NCBI GenBank assembly: GCA_964408705.1
Contig: CAYPAI010000002.1
Location: forward strand, 2,618-56,645
Direction of reading: 5' to 3'
Source of the DNA: Candidatus Woesearchaeota archaeon
GTDB lineage: Archaea > Nanobdellota > Nanobdellia > SCGC-AAA011-G17 > PNOQ01
Length of the DNA: 54,028 nt
Shown here: piece after piece, positions 53,560 to 54,028 of the stretch
Layout: each line of letters begins with the position of its first letter
How positions within the stretch are numbered: position 1 is the stretch's first letter
Translations under genes and position numbers: made by a program
Notes under the pieces: model-generated
Told to the model about the DNA's origin: nothing
What the model saw: only the letters and a program-made list of their open reading frames with translations
The model's database searches: none

Positions 53560-54028
53560 AGCCTATAAATCTAAAGCCACTTACTAAACGAAATTGTGAG
53601 CTTGTGATTTTTGAATATTTAAAAAGATATCTTAATGAGAAATATTCCAGTAAACTTGAACATAGTGGATCTAAATTTAAAATTTTAAAAAATATAACCC
53701 CTGAAGCTATAAAGTTGGAAACATCCAAAGTTATTGTTAAAGAAGATAACCTTGAGGGATTAATTGAAGAAGGATATCAACATGAAGTTAAAGATAATGT
53801 TGCTAGATTTACTGTGTCCTATGTAAACCCTATATCTTTAGAAAAACATAATCTTGATATTTTAGCTAAAACTTCTAAACCTTATAAAGAGGATAGAAAG
53901 GAAAATATTAGGAACGAAAGTGAAGCGTTAAAACTTTGTAATGAAATATACTCACTTGGAAGGAGAAATTCTAAACAAACTATTTTGAGCAAGAATAAGT
54001 TAAATGATGAGTATATTAGGGAAAGTGT
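53556..54028 (+). CDS. hypothetical protein, 5' part only
   Basis: ATGA overlap with the PhoU-domain gene stop; frame open to the window end (MKPINLKPLTKRNCELVIFEYLKR...). Confidence 0.7.
   Translation, partial: MKPINLKPLTKRNCELVIFEYLKRYLNEKYSSKLEHSGSKFKILKNITPEAIKLETSKVIVKEDNLEGLIEEGYQHEVKDNVARFTVSYVNPISLEKHNLDILAKTSKPYKEDRKENIRNESEALKLCNEIYSLGRRNSKQTILSKNKLNDEYIRES

Noticed and set aside
2682-53728. About 30 ORF-track entries antisense or out of frame to well-supported genes (e.g. 2682-2921, 3686-4075, 7149-7466, 8568-8843, 20453-20746, 22489-22848, 28525-28800, 39165-39509, 47789-48055, 49380-49667, 51196-51561, 53537-53728)
   Set aside because: Shadow ORFs: they lie wholly or largely inside recognisable genes, have Phe/Ile/Ser/Leu-rich antisense composition and show no motifs
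1-54028. Alternative genetic code, selenocysteine/pyrrolysine readthrough, inteins or programmed frameshifts
   Set aside because: Conserved genes are full length under code 11 and end at TGA/TAA/TAG as expected; no intein-sized insertions or split genes seen
53556-54028. Kinase-like call for the terminal partial ORF (AK...E motif spacing)
   Set aside because: Too little sequence; catalytic motifs are not visible in the window

Overview
Very AT-rich, gene-dense chromosomal segment of an archaeon, almost certainly DPANN (Woesearchaeota/Pacearchaeota-like). The archaeal markers are rpl35ae, rpl10e, rps2, rpoK, proteasome alpha, exosome Rrp4/41/42, SBDS, RNase P Rpp30/Pop5, Mre11-Rad50, XPD and Elp3; the finer DPANN placement is inference from gene repertoire and compactness. 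Genetic code 11 (TGA is used as stop). One tRNA-Val(TAC). I found no rRNA, CRISPR array, transposase or integrase. Main points of interest: (1) an overlapping lit-lgt pair, i.e. a bacterial-type lipoprotein lipidation and N-acyl remodelling module whose known chemistry needs ester-linked acyl lipids, with two lipobox proteins in the same window; (2) a compact eukaryote-like wobble-U34 cluster (UbaA, SAMP, NcsA/Ctu1, Elp3 and a divergent Trm9-like methyltransferase) beside a U34 tRNA; (3) an orphan RelA/SpoT-type synthetase-domain protein; (4) a bacterial TrhO fused to a U32-type C-terminal barrel, inside an oxidative-stress-rich region; (5) several small ORFs missing from the ORF track, including two paralogous acidic peptides. 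All family calls come from motif recognition by eye; no database search was run.
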